Below are positions 52,406 through 64,000 of a stretch of 64,000 nucleotides of DNA, piece by piece. A model generated the notes under the pieces. It was not told the origin of the DNA, searched no databases, and worked only from the letters and a program-made list of their open reading frames with translations. A program made the translations under genes and the position numbers. The stretch is from Dipteris shenzhenensis. Its lineage: Eukaryota. Every line of letters begins with the position of its first letter. Within the stretch, counting starts at the first letter, position 1. The stretch lies in NCBI GenBank assembly GCA_047967505.1, contig CM106538.1; one strand, given 5' to 3'.

Positions 52406-54168
52406 ATGTCTCCATATTCAACAAGTAGCTCCAGTGAGGATGAATCCCTCCGTATCCACCATCGCGAAATGTGGTTGGAGCAAAAAATCAAATGTCTGTG
52501 TGATCGATGTCGAGGAAACATGTATCGTGCACGCAGGATTACGCTCAATCATATCTCAAAGTATGGAGAATGGGATGTGACCGTAAACAGGGTAAGGGTT
52601 TGTAAGTTAAGGTTGATTAAAATACCTATGGGTGTTCATATGTTTGAGTTATGATCTCGTTTTAATTTGATACAGGATGCAGTGCCACACCCGCACATGT
52701 TACCCTATGCCTGTCGTGAGGAGGCGAAGCATCGGCGATATGAGGTGGGATCTTCAGGAGGGACCGTTACGGATGCATGGAGTGATGGTGATAGTAGCCC
52801 TCCGCCATTACCTCATGAAGCCATGGAGGAGGAGGTGTTTGATGATATGGTGCGGGATTTATATGTCCATCAAGGGAGGGATAATAGCATGGAGCAGGAT
52901 GATCTTTTTACCGCAGCATCGACTCCACTGTTTGAGGGGTGCACATTCTCTGTTCTACGTGCCTCCCTTGAGTTACTAAACTTGCAAACCATCTATGGAT
53001 GGAGCAATGCAAGTTTGAATGCATTACTCAAGTAAGCTTTAAAGTCGATTTTGCAAACATGGTGAATTATGCGCGTGGGTCAATTACTCGAATGCTTTTC
53101 CTCATTTATGGTCTTCACGTGCAGGCTATTGTGTAAAATGCTTCCAAGGGAGAATAAATTACCGACCTCAAGAGATATGGCAAGGCAACATGTGACCTCT
53201 CTTGGAGGATTAGATTACAAGCGCATCCATGCATGTGTCAACGATTGCGTTTTGTTTCGTGGACTACATAAGGATGCAAGAGAGTGTCCTACTTGTGGAG
53301 AGGCAAGATATAGAGCAGAATGTTATGCATAAGTTAGGAGCTTTTTATAATTTAGATTGCTTATTTAATTGATTTTTTCTTGGTGTAGTGCACTATGTTC
53401 AATGCTATATGGTGTGAGGGCAAGCATTTTCGAACACAACGGATTGATGATAAGAGAAACACACAAGATTGCGGCGTCATTGCTACCTTTGAGGGAGCCA
53501 ATGGAGCCATGGATGATTATTGTGGCATAATCCAAGATATCATTATGCTTGACTTTCGACGCTTCTTTGTGTATGTTTTGGATGTAAAGCGGTTTAAGGA
53601 CGTGGTGGAAAGAGGCCCTAATGCAACAATCAAACGCCATGCAAGTGGCTTTGTAACTATTGACTCCACAAAGTTTTGGCAAAGTAGGAAGGACACACTA
53701 GTACTACTGCAAATGTGAACAGGTACTGTGCACACACATAAAAATACTCGCTTTTAAATATTTGATGCAAGAAAAGTAACATGATTGTATTTGTGTTTGA
53801 ATTAGGTTGTGTATCAACCAATGGTGGATAATAATAGATGGTGGCATGTCATACCTATTATGTCACGTTCCAAAGTGATGTATAGTACATTTACTAATAT
53901 GGAGCGTATGGAGGATGATCATGGCCATGGACGTGATGATGACCGTGATACAAGAGAGGAGGATGATCATGAGATAGGAGATATAGATATTGAGGCTGGC
54001 ATTACCCGTGAGGACGAGCCTACCATTGGAGATGCTGATTTCGATGAGCACATGAGTGGCACAAGTAGTAGTGGGTTGAATGTATTTGTAGATCTAAACA
54101 CTTGTTTGGATTTTGAAGTAGATAGTTTGGCAATGGTTGATCTCATTGAGGATGAGATTGAACCGTAG
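52406..54168 (+). pseudogene. CACTA TnpD-type transposase remnant lacking the catalytic core
   Basis: IKCLCDRC (transposase-associated domain), STPLFEGC...GWSNASL, LDYKRIHACVNDCVLFRG..CPTCGEARY, then directly DUF4216-like TQDCGV...YCGIIQDI...GFVTID; several GT-AG introns. Confidence 0.88.
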
Positions 54169-56559
54169 CCCCACAATTGATATTGGCAAAACTATTTTAC
54201 ATATTGTCTCATTCTCCTCATTTCACTTAATTCTTGTATATGTGGGCTTGCAAAAAATTATGTGCTTTGGTAATCATGGGCAATGTTTGGAAAGCAATGA
54301 TGTACACCAAAATCTCACTTTCTGTATTCTCTGGAGCACGTCTATTTATGCGTCTAAATGCGCGTCTGAGTCTCAGTGTAAACATGCAAATAAACGCGCA
54401 AATACACGCGCAAATAGATGCGCTAATAAATGGGATGTTAGACGGGCCCGTATTTTCTCAGGTCAAACGCGCAAATAGACGCGGTGATTTACGTGCAAAT
54501 AGACGAGCGTTTAGCCGTGCATTTAGACGCGCCCGTAATTTCTCTACTAAAGCAACGCCTATAGACGTGCCCGCTATTTTGCGCGTCTACCAAGCGCGTC
54601 TATAGTTGCTTTGTGTTGTTGTGTCCAAACTCAATCCGTTTTGGATGATGGCCTCGAAACCCTAGCAAGTACCATGATAGCTTTAAGGCAGAGGAAAATC
54701 AAAAGCTCATCCAATGGTGCTTGCCATATATCCTTAGCAAAGTACAAGGTATACCCATAGGTTTACATGACTTGGGACTCCTCTTGGTTAATATTGCTCA
54801 CTTGTTCTATAACTATTCTCGTGACAAGGGATGGTTCGAGTCAGATATGCCATCGGCAAAAACTTTATTGCTAGCTTGGAGAGTCAAGAACATGTGCCAG
54901 GTTTGTTCTTTCTCTTACATTGCCTGAAACTATTTTATTTGCACTTGCATGTATAATTTATAAATCATCTTATTAATTTATAATCATGTGTATACAGGAA
55001 ATGGAGAAATATTTGATGATATCATAAGGCACGGCATGCATGATGTTTATTGGTGCTTCGGTTTTGAGCGAAATGTGTATACATATGTGAGCATATCTAC
55101 AAACAACCAGAGCAATGAGATTTCCTATGTTCAATATCATACTCGCAAGTTATTCACTTGGACTTTTACTTATATACAAAGGGACAGAGATGGTCTTCTA
55201 CCTTTTGCCAGAATGCTTAGAGACACACATAGATGTCTTGTTCTCCCTGATGGATATGCAAGTATAGATTTTAGAAATCATGGCTGTCTTGAATGGCATA
55301 AGTGTGGGATTCTCGAAGTGTCTTCTATTGAGAAAGCAAGAGAATTATGGAGAGCTTACATTCAATATGGTCAAGGATACCCATGTGAGAGGATTCTACA
55401 ACGAAAGGCATCGCAATCACTAGAAAGAGAAAGATGTATCGCAACCTAGAAGAAGTAGAAGTTCGCTATGTTGAGCACTTTTGGGGTATTGAAAGGTGTC
55501 ATGACAAATTTGGAAATGCCATAGAGTACAAGAAATTATTGTTCGAGGGAGAGCTTTATCAGGTGGGAGATGAGGTGGTTGTGAAATCAGATGACAATGC
55601 TGAAGACTTCTCGGGTGTGGGAAATTGGAAAGCACAAATCTTATCTTTCTTTGCCATCCAACATGATGGAGAGTTCATGATCTTCTTTGGTGCACAATAT
55701 TACAGGCAACGTATCACAATTACCGATGGGACTAGGACTCTAGAAATACATGATGCCACGGGAATGAGTCTCTTACAAAAAAACCCCATTCCTTTTACTT
55801 GGGATTGTGTACGCCCTGTAACTTCTTTGTTGCATAAATTCATACCTTTACCCAAGGGATCTAATAGTCTGGTTGCTTATGAATGTAAGGATACTATAGT
55901 TCATAAGAGATTATTGAGTTCATGGTTCCCTAGCTCTGTACCTCCATGGCCAGAAGAGAGTGATGTGATGCTAGTAAAAGTAAATGAGAATATGCAAGGT
56001 TCTCAAGATTCACGATATGCTATGATCAGATAGGTTGACATTGAGAACAAGCGAGTACAACTAGCATTGTTAAGAGAAGACCAGAGGATAAGATAGAAGT
56101 GGAAAGTAGATATTGAAGAGGAAGAATGGAGAAGTTGGAGTTGTTGTATTATGTTATGTAAATGGATCACTGTTGCAAGGAAGAGAATAGAGATTGATGG
56201 GAAAGTGAGAAGCTTTCCAATGGCTTGGCAATCCATTGTGTTTTGTGTGCATTTTTTGCAAATGCGTAGGTGAATCCTTTGAAGGTAATCCTAAACTGAT
56301 ATCTAATTTCTCCTTTTGCTTTATTCTATTTTTATTCAAGTTTTGAGATTAAATCAAATTCTTAACATTTCTATTTTTCTTTTTACAAAGGAGTTCTTGA
56401 ATCTTTTATGTACTTTTCTAGTTTTTTTCTTGATTAAGGTGATGAACTTTGTATTTGTGATAGGATTCTTTGTCTTACTTTCTTCATGGGTGCACAACTT
56501 AGTCAAGGTGATGTTGTTCACTTCCTTGAGCATATTTTAAAGTCCAAAGAACTGAGTCC

Positions 56560-59500
56560 TTTGGTACAAGACATGCTTGCTAGTGTCAAAGCCCCAACCA
56601 CATAGGATGATATTCCTTCTAACACGATAGAGGTTAAGGAGAAGATGAATGGTAGATGCAGATCTAGCATTGACCCTTTGGTAGAGACACCCACATATGA
56701 GCAAATATTTCGTGTTCCAAGGAAAAAAGATCGCGATACTAGCAAATTGTATGGGAAAGAGCTTCTCTTGAAGCACTTCAAAGAGCAACATTCTGTGTTA
56801 TGTGTCAACTGACGCCGTGTGTTGAGAGTTGTGGTGCCATGAGCACATAATTAGAGGCTAAGGTATGGTATAGGAAAGAATCAAAGTAGCCACCCTAGGA
56901 TGTGGACTACATGATGTGGAGATGTGGATTGAGGATATCCACAAAGAGAGATGTGGATGAGAGGATCCCCACGTGGTTGACTATTCAAAGGGCACTCTCT
57001 ATATAAGAGGCCTCTCATGTATTGTTGAACACACAAACACATTGCAAGAGATATAGATTTGCTATCTCCCTCTCATGTATTATTTAGTGTGCTTTGATCC
57101 TCCTTAGTCCTTTCGTTGATCTTGTGTGCACTAGGCTAGTACAATCTGCACTTTGTCATGGTATCAGAGCTCCCTTGCCTTCCGCTGAGGCATTACAATC
57201 CACATAAGTGTGAGACAGATTCAGATTGATAGAGATTGTGTGTTGCTTCTTTCATTCCAATGATGAAAGGTTCCCATGGAGAGAGAGAAGTTTCCGTCAA
57301 AGAATTCCGTTTATACTTTCCATACAATTCCGTTCATTCTTGAGAGATTTTAGTTCCTTCTCTTTGTGAGAAAGAGAGGTCTTCGAGTGTTCCTTTGAGT
57401 GATCTCTGAGAGAAGATACATCCTGAGATCTACTCATTGTGAGAGCAGTTATACAAGGAAAGAAATTAGCTCCCAAGCTTCAAGGAAGCAGGCAGCTTAC
57501 AATCCACTTTGCTCTAAAGCTCTACTTAGGCAGCAAGCGACTCTCGGTTCATCATCAGACAAACTCATACGCTAGTCTATAACGACCTTCGTCAAATGAA
57601 GGGCTATCAACATCTTCAGGCAAAGGCAAATATTGCAAAAACTCCTTTATAACATCTATGAGCCAAATGGCGGCTCTTTCGGCCAAGCTCCAAACGGTGA
57701 CTCCCACAACGGCTCGACCTCTCCAATGACGTAGCTCCATATCTGCAGCAGTACCGGGCCTCCATCGATGCAACATGTTGTGCAAATCCAATAGCGCTCA
57801 GGCTTACGATATTCAATGACTATAGCCAATCGCCTAGCCAAGATGCCTCTATCAATGAACAACTCCAATGAAGGCTCCTCGCATGACCAGCTGCCAACCC
57901 ATCATCTTGACCGCCTCAACCTTGTCTTTGCTCTACAGCAGTGCCTACCAGCAGCCGTTGCACCTGATGGCAACTGCAAGCCACTAGAAGCTAAGCTACT
58001 ACGACGGCTCACCTGTAGCTCACAAAGCTCTACAGCTGCATCTACAACAGCAGCGACTATTAGATGAAGACGCCTCCTCCGTCAACCGGTTGTGCAACGA
58101 GATGGTCTCCTGCAACATCTGTTAACAAAGCAATCAACTGCGCTTCAGCAGCCCATGCTCCAAACCACCTCCTCCAAGCGGATAGCTCTAGTGCTCCTTC
58201 AGCCAAGCCTTCACTGGCAAAACAAACAGCTCCTAAGGAGGCAGCCAAGCTCCAACTGACTCTGCTACGCCCTCCACTGATGGGCAGTCTTCAGCGCACA
58301 GACGAAGAGTAGCCAGCAATGAAGCAAGATCGAAGGAAGATCGCATGCACAACCAGCACCAATGAGGCAGAGAATGCAAAGCACCGTGTCGCCATGGCCA
58401 TAGTTGCCCCGCCGCCGTCATCGCTGTAGCATAGCCTTCTCTCTTTCATCTCTAAGGTCCTAAACCTTAGGACACATGGCAGTAGATAGCAAAGACATGT
58501 GGCAGATTGGATTTAACTAGGGTTAGTCAAGTAAACCCACAAAGGTAAAGTCAAGTAAGGGCTTGGTCAGTTTCTGCCACGTGGCAGATCAAAAGAAACT
58601 ATGGTTAAGTTAACTCAACCCACACTAAACAATGTTAAGTTTAGGTTAAGGATTGGTTAATTGCCACATGAATAAGTGCCACCTAAGCATAGAGGCCCTT
58701 GTGAAGCACAGTTTGAATTCTGTATGTGAATCCCTGTGCCACATCATCAAAGGCCCCTCTTCTTGATCAAAACTTTGACAAGCTGTAACTTCCAATCCAG
58801 GAAGAATTTGCACATGCTCCAAAAAGAAAAAGTGATCATGTTTTTGAGCTCTATGCATTTGTCAAGTTAGAATCATTGTATGCAATTAGACACTGCCATT
58901 GAAGCAAAACGAAGCTCATGGTAAGACCTTTGCAACAACAAATGGAGAAGCGATGCATGAATGCAAAAAGCATGCCAAAAGCACAAGTGCATGAGATGAC
59001 CATAGCACAGAGCATGGCATCCACACATAAAGCATTAAGGCACATGGAAGAACAAAGCATCATGCATCAAGCTACATCGAGTAAAGAAGCAAACGGCATC
59101 GTCATCAAGCCATGAGCCAATGGTGACATCAATGGAATGTATTGAGAAACAAAAACCTTGCCAACCTTGCCTATATTTTGTAAATCAAACGTGACCACCT
59201 GAGAGTAGCTATGAAAGCACCCAGGGGAGGTATTGACATGTAAAAGCCACACTTAACCACCTTAAGTAGCAATGCATGTACTAAGGGGAAGTGATGGATT
59301 TGTAACTCACATCTAACCACCTTGCAGTAGCCAAAGGATCATGGCACCAAGGGGAGGTGTTGAGAGTTGTGGTGCCATGAGCACATAATTAGAGGCTAAG
59401 GTATGGTATAGGAAAGAATCAAAGTAGCCACCCTAGGATGTGGACTACATGATGTGGAGATGTGGATTGAGGATATCCACAAAGAGAGATGTGGATGAGA

Positions 59501-62500
59501 GGATCCCCACGTGGTTGACTATTCAAAGGGCACTCTCTATATAAGAGGCCTCTCATGTATTGTTGAACACACAGACACATTGCAAGAGATAAAGATTTGC
59601 TATCTCCCTCTCATGTCTTATTTAGTGTGCTTTGATCCTCCTTAGTTCTTTCGTTGATCTTGTGTGCACTAGGCTAGTACAATCCACACTTAGTCACCGT
59701 GTTCATAGTTGGTTTGACAACACCAATCTAGACTTGCGCTATAATTCAAAAGGGAAAGAGCAAATCAAAGATATAATCTCTCAAAAGCTCCACGATATAT
59801 TATTTTTGCCCTTTCTAGGAGCTAGCTACTTTTGGAAAAATGAAGACATATACCAATGGGGCTTAGTGTGGATGCAAGGGAAAAGGAAGTATGAAAACAG
59901 GCGGAGAAAAGAGATGGCTATTTTTCCAAATGCAAGTCCAATCCCACAAGAAATGGTGAGATAAATGTTATAATGTGACAATAATCATAGTGCTTTTCAT
60001 ATCTTCATCTTGATTTTAAACTAGTTTCTTGAAAGATGAAGAGATTCTTGTCTTCTGAAACATGCATATATTAGATTTAATTTCTCATTGGACATGTACA
60101 GGATAGTGATGCACTTACAAATGCGAGTAACAATAGCAATCTAGATGGTACTTTCTCAAATCAAGTACTTGGTAGTTTCATTGGAGCTTGTATTTATTCT
60201 AAATTGGTTTCTTATGAAATACATGCAGTTGACTTTCCATAAAAACTTCACGCGTTTGAGTTTTATGTATTTATCTATGTTTAGTTTAGTCATGAGATAT
60301 ATCTTGAACTTTCTTAATGGAATTTTGCAGGACAAGGAAGTTGCTACCTTGCACAACACAAGCAAAGAAGACATGTGTAATTCACCTTTGGATCAGGTAT
60401 AAGGGTATACCAATTGGAGTCATAGTACTATTTATAGCTTCATGTTGCTTTTGAATTAGTTTCTTGATTTTCATATTGATAATCAAGTCAAATCCTTGAC
60501 CTTTCAAAGTTTAATTTAGTCATGAGATATATCTTGAACTTTCTTGAATGACATTTTGTAGGAAAAGCAAGTTGTTAACTCGCACAACTCAAGCAAAGGA
60601 GACATGTGTAATTCGCCTATGTCTGAGGTATAAATTAGAATCATAGTACTTTTTGGATCTTCATGCTGATTTCGTATTAGTTTCTTCACACGAAAAGAGT
60701 TTGAAGTCTTCTTAAACATCTAGTACTTTTTCAAAACAAGAACTTGGTGTGCCACTAAAACTCTTACTTATTCGATATTAGTTTCTTAAGAAATATGTGC
60801 ATCCTAATTTCTATAAGATCTTACGTTAGATTAATTTAGATTGCCTTTTCATATTGTAGGACAATGATACACAAATTCATATGGGTCATGAGAGAGTTGT
60901 TATGGGCACCTTTGTGAATCAGGTGCTTTGTGACTTCAAACATGTTAAATCCTTGACTTTTGATAGTTTAATTTAGTCATGAGATATACGTTTTACTTTC
61001 TCCAATATAATTTTATAGGATCATGAGAGTGTTGATGGGGATGATGACCCTGATGAACAGGATGGAGAGATAGGTGGATGGAAGGTATGTAAGCTCAATA
61101 TTTTATGTCAAGATGTCTCATGATTAATACTAGTTAAATTTTAAAGTTTTATTAAATACTTAAATTGTGTAGGAGAAAGAATCAAGTATGTATCAAGCGG
61201 ATATGAGTACCATGGAATCCTCATTTTAGTTTCAGGTATAAGTATGCATTTTATCAAATTTTTTTTGTATATTTTAGATTGAATATATTTAAAAATTTGC
61301 AACCTTGATAATTGTAGGATGATTATTGCTTAAGCGTGGAAAATGGGACACAATTTCTAAGTTGCGGATCTTTTTTGCAACTTCTACAAGGTGTCCGTAG
61401 CGATGGCATAGCTTTATGAGATATTCCATATATGCAAGTAAAGATTTAGTCTTTCTACATTAAGTACACAACAAAATGTTAATAATTGACTTAATGATTT
61501 GTTAAGGTATTGGTTGTTGTCATCTATTTTAGAAACAAATAGCTATGCTTTAGACTTTTAATAGTAGTCAAAAGAGCCAAGGGCTGTGCCAGGTATTGTT
61601 GCCTTGAATAACATTTTTTTGCAAGTCATGTTTAGTTACTTTGTACTAATTATTTGAAAGGTGTATTGTTCAATATCAAAGTTCCATTCTAGTATATTGT
61701 TCAATATCAAAGTTCCATTCTAACATATACTATGTTTGTTCTCAGAATCCTACAGGAAAAGCAAAGCATGTCAAGATTGCTACTAGTGATGTCATTAGGA
61801 AGAGTGCACGTCCTCGAAAGGTATGAGCAACTTTTCAAATGATTTTAAAAAAACAAGAGAGGGGTGTTATATTTATTGAGCTATATTTTGGATTGCTAGG
61901 TAAGCATGAAATTGAAAAGGATAATGGGCGATGAGATGAAAAAGGATTCCAAGCAAAATGATTCCTCTCTCCTAAAGGTATGTATATTCTATCATACAAA
62001 TGAGTTCTCCAAATATTTAGCAATACATTTATGTAAGCGTCTATCATTATGTGTATGAATACTCATAATATTTTGACTTTCAAATAGATTGAGCATAAAA
62101 AGAGAGTTTGTCATGACAAGGATTTTAACATTGGACCTACCAAAGAAAAAAGAAAGTTCAAGGTAAGTAATTGCTTTTAATTTCACTATAACTTTTTGGG
62201 ATAATTATATTTTCAAATTTATTAACTATTGTTTTTTTCAACTAAAATAGGATTTAAATTAGCTTGAAAGCTCCACTTTGCAAATTAATGAGTTGACACA
62301 TCCAAACAAGGTGACACATTCTTTTCTAGAGTTTTAAAAAGCTCTATTATGCTATTCGATACATTCATTTTTCATTAAGTGTATTCGATTTGGATTGATT
62401 TATATTTTAATTGTTGCAGGCAAGAGGTTGGAGTATAGTCAATCAAGAGACCATACTCATGAAATTCATTGGTGCTAAGACTATAGATGAAATGTATGGT

Positions 62501-62671
62501 CAGCTAAAAATCATTTGGAATTCCATAAAGGGCAAGTCCAAGAGTTCACAAGAACAAGATCATCAATCCATGAGAGAGGGAGTGGTAGAGTGGCTTTTGC
62601 AAGAAAGCAAAATAGCCATTAGAAATGGCGCATCAACAAATTTGAGCCTTGATGATGTGATAGTAACATAG
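56560..62671 (+). pseudogene. Multi-exon gene remnant of unknown product, probably the second gene of the outer CMC transposon
   Basis: Frame KELLLKHFKEQHSVLCVN*RR|VHSWFDNTNLDLRY rejoins across the LTR insertion; many short AG/GT-bounded exons in 60100-62300; last exon ARGWSIVNQET...LDDVIVT. Confidence 0.5.
56820..59696 (+). mobile_element. Non-autonomous LTR retrotransposon (LARD/TRIM-like), young
   Basis: 339-bp LTRs 56820-57158 and 59358-59696 (TGTTG...GTCA), TSD CCGTG, PBS TGGTATCAGAGC at 57159, PPT AAGGGGAGG; no gag/pol motifs in the 2.2-kb interior. Confidence 0.95.
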
Positions 62672-62844
62672 TTGTAACATTCAAACAATGTTTTCAGACA
62701 ATCATTTGAAAATGCGAAACCAATATTTGCACGTCAAGTAATAGAAAAACTGCTTAGTTAGGCACATTGTGAATGAACGTTAATGCTCTGTCTTTCTAAC
62801 AACATATATTTCTTTGATGTGGAGTTGAATTTGATTCACAGTGA

Positions 62845-63121
62845 TATAGGAAAGTTTCTATATGGGAAATGGATAGCAAGTTGATCTAGGAAAGTTCCTG
62901 GATAGAGAAAAATTACTAAATAGATAATAAGTTTCTATATGGGAAATGGACAACAAGTTGATCTATATAGATAATAAGGCGTATATAGGAAATTTGACGG
63001 AAGAGATGCTAGTTGTTTTCCTAGGTATCTATCTAGAAAGTGTTCACTTTTTCCTAGTTAAGACTTTTCCTAGTTCTTCTCATTTGGAACTAGGAAAAGT
63101 TCTTTTTTTTCCTATGTAGAG
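62845..63121. repeat. Probable right subterminal repeats and terminus of a CACTA/CMC-type element
   Basis: TAGGAAA(G)/TTTCCTAG repeats in both orientations ending in TTTTTTTTCCTATGTAGAG, whose reverse complement CTCTACATAGGAAAA is one mismatch from CACTACA. Partner TIR not found. Confidence 0.45.
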
Positions 63122-63233
63122 AATGGTTAGAAGTTCCTTTTGATCGTTCATAATCAGTGATCATGATATTGCAGCTCTGTATACGGTGTCCGTAAAAGTT
63201 CATATCTGAATTGGATCGTACGTAGTGGTAGTC

Positions 63234-63913
63234 ATGAGAGCTCATTGGTCACCGAAGAGGACGAGAAGCTGCTGACGGCCCTGGGCGAGCCGCAAATCCA
63301 TCAAACTTGGAGCGATATAGCTAGTAAAGCGGGTAAGAGCATGCTTGCTAAATTTATCTTATAATAGCTGGTTGCTTTCGAAATGGCTTACAGTTGTGAG
63401 GCTGAGCAGGTCTACAACGATGCGGAAAGAGCTGTAGGAGACGTTGGATGAACCACTTGAGACCAGGCATAAAGCGCGGAAAATTCTCGATGGAAGAAGC
63501 GATGCTTGTATGTGAGCTGCTGTGGTTCAATATGATGAGAGTCGATCTTCGGTAAGACAATGGTACATTAATTCCACTACTGGCTGACGACAATCGTTCT
63601 TCGATCAATGAATACTTAGTCTAGATCCCTTGTTCTTGCTGAAAACAGATGGACCAAGATAGCTGCGCATCTGGGAGGGAGAACAGACAACGATGTAAAG
63701 AACATGTGGCACATTTTCATGAGGAAGAGGCAACCGACCCCAAATCAAGAACAGCCGGCCACCATAATTAGCACTGAGAAAACAGAATCAGGAACGCGTG
63801 AAACTCCAGGCGCCGCGATTGCGAAAGAAGCTGATCAGCATGGCAGCAGAGGGACGTCGAAGCCTTTCGTTTGCCATTCGAAGAGGAGGGTACGTCTGGA
63901 GATCACTTGCTGA
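63234..63913 (+). pseudogene. R2R3-MYB transcription factor gene, three exons, probable frameshift in exon 1
   Basis: Exons 63234-63332, 63410-63551, 63649-63913 at the canonical phase-1/phase-2 intron sites. HWSP/EEDEKL...[35 protein letters not shown]...[20 protein letters not shown]. One base is missing between WSP and EED. Confidence 0.85.
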
Positions 63914-64000
63914 TGTCGGAGCTGCACACCCCGAATATTTCGCAGGAGGCTCAAGCAATAAACTCAGCCTGCAATCAAACTGTCTCAATGGAGTCGACGG

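Larger units (their letters stand above)
49406..54623 (+). mobile_element. CACTA/EnSpm-superfamily element with CACAA termini, internally deleted
   Basis: TIR CACAACAA(G/C)ACAAAGCA at both ends, 3-bp TSD TCC (49403-49405 and 54624-54626), dense TAGACGC(G) subterminal repeats in both orientations, TnpD-type domains inside. Confidence 0.92.
47155..56236 (+). pseudogene. CMC/EnSpm-like DDE transposase with C-terminal BAH-like domain, intron-containing, split by a CACTA insertion
   Basis: FDYVPLKQQL, IFDFWDG, ALCAHFDGFQ, VTGDHPTQCK..FCRR, VYDAMHIL, PRNP...FKAEE, YWCFGFER, then FEGELYQVGDEVVV...WKAQILSFF...AQYY. Introns at ~48523-48609 and 54901-54997. The frame VYKVSP|NSIRFG rejoins when 49406-54626 is removed. 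Confidence 0.75.

Overview
Eukaryotic, TE-dense DNA from a land plant. This is supported by tRNA-iMet-primed LTR elements, CACTA domains, GT-AG introns and an R2R3-MYB; a fern or lycophyte origin is only my guess from element style. Almost all recognisable sequence is nested, decayed transposons. In order: an L1-type LINE lacking its RT core (1-5.8 kb); a chromovirus-type Ty3/gypsy with paired LTRs and TSD (7.85-11.87 kb); a gag-only copia (12.6-16.6 kb) carrying an ORF1-only LINE-like insert; a scrambled copia/LINE cluster with a reconstructable 1-kb inversion (17-25 kb); repeat-rich unassigned DNA with a Helentron-like fragment (26-41 kb); and a copia (41.7-46.2 kb). Next is a large CMC-type DNA transposon with an atypical BAH-bearing transposase (47-63 kb). 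It is interrupted by a CACAA-ended CACTA element with divergent genes and by a non-autonomous LTR element. The only host-type gene is a probably disrupted R2R3-MYB at 63.2-63.9 kb. All domain calls come from motif recognition by eye; no searches were run.
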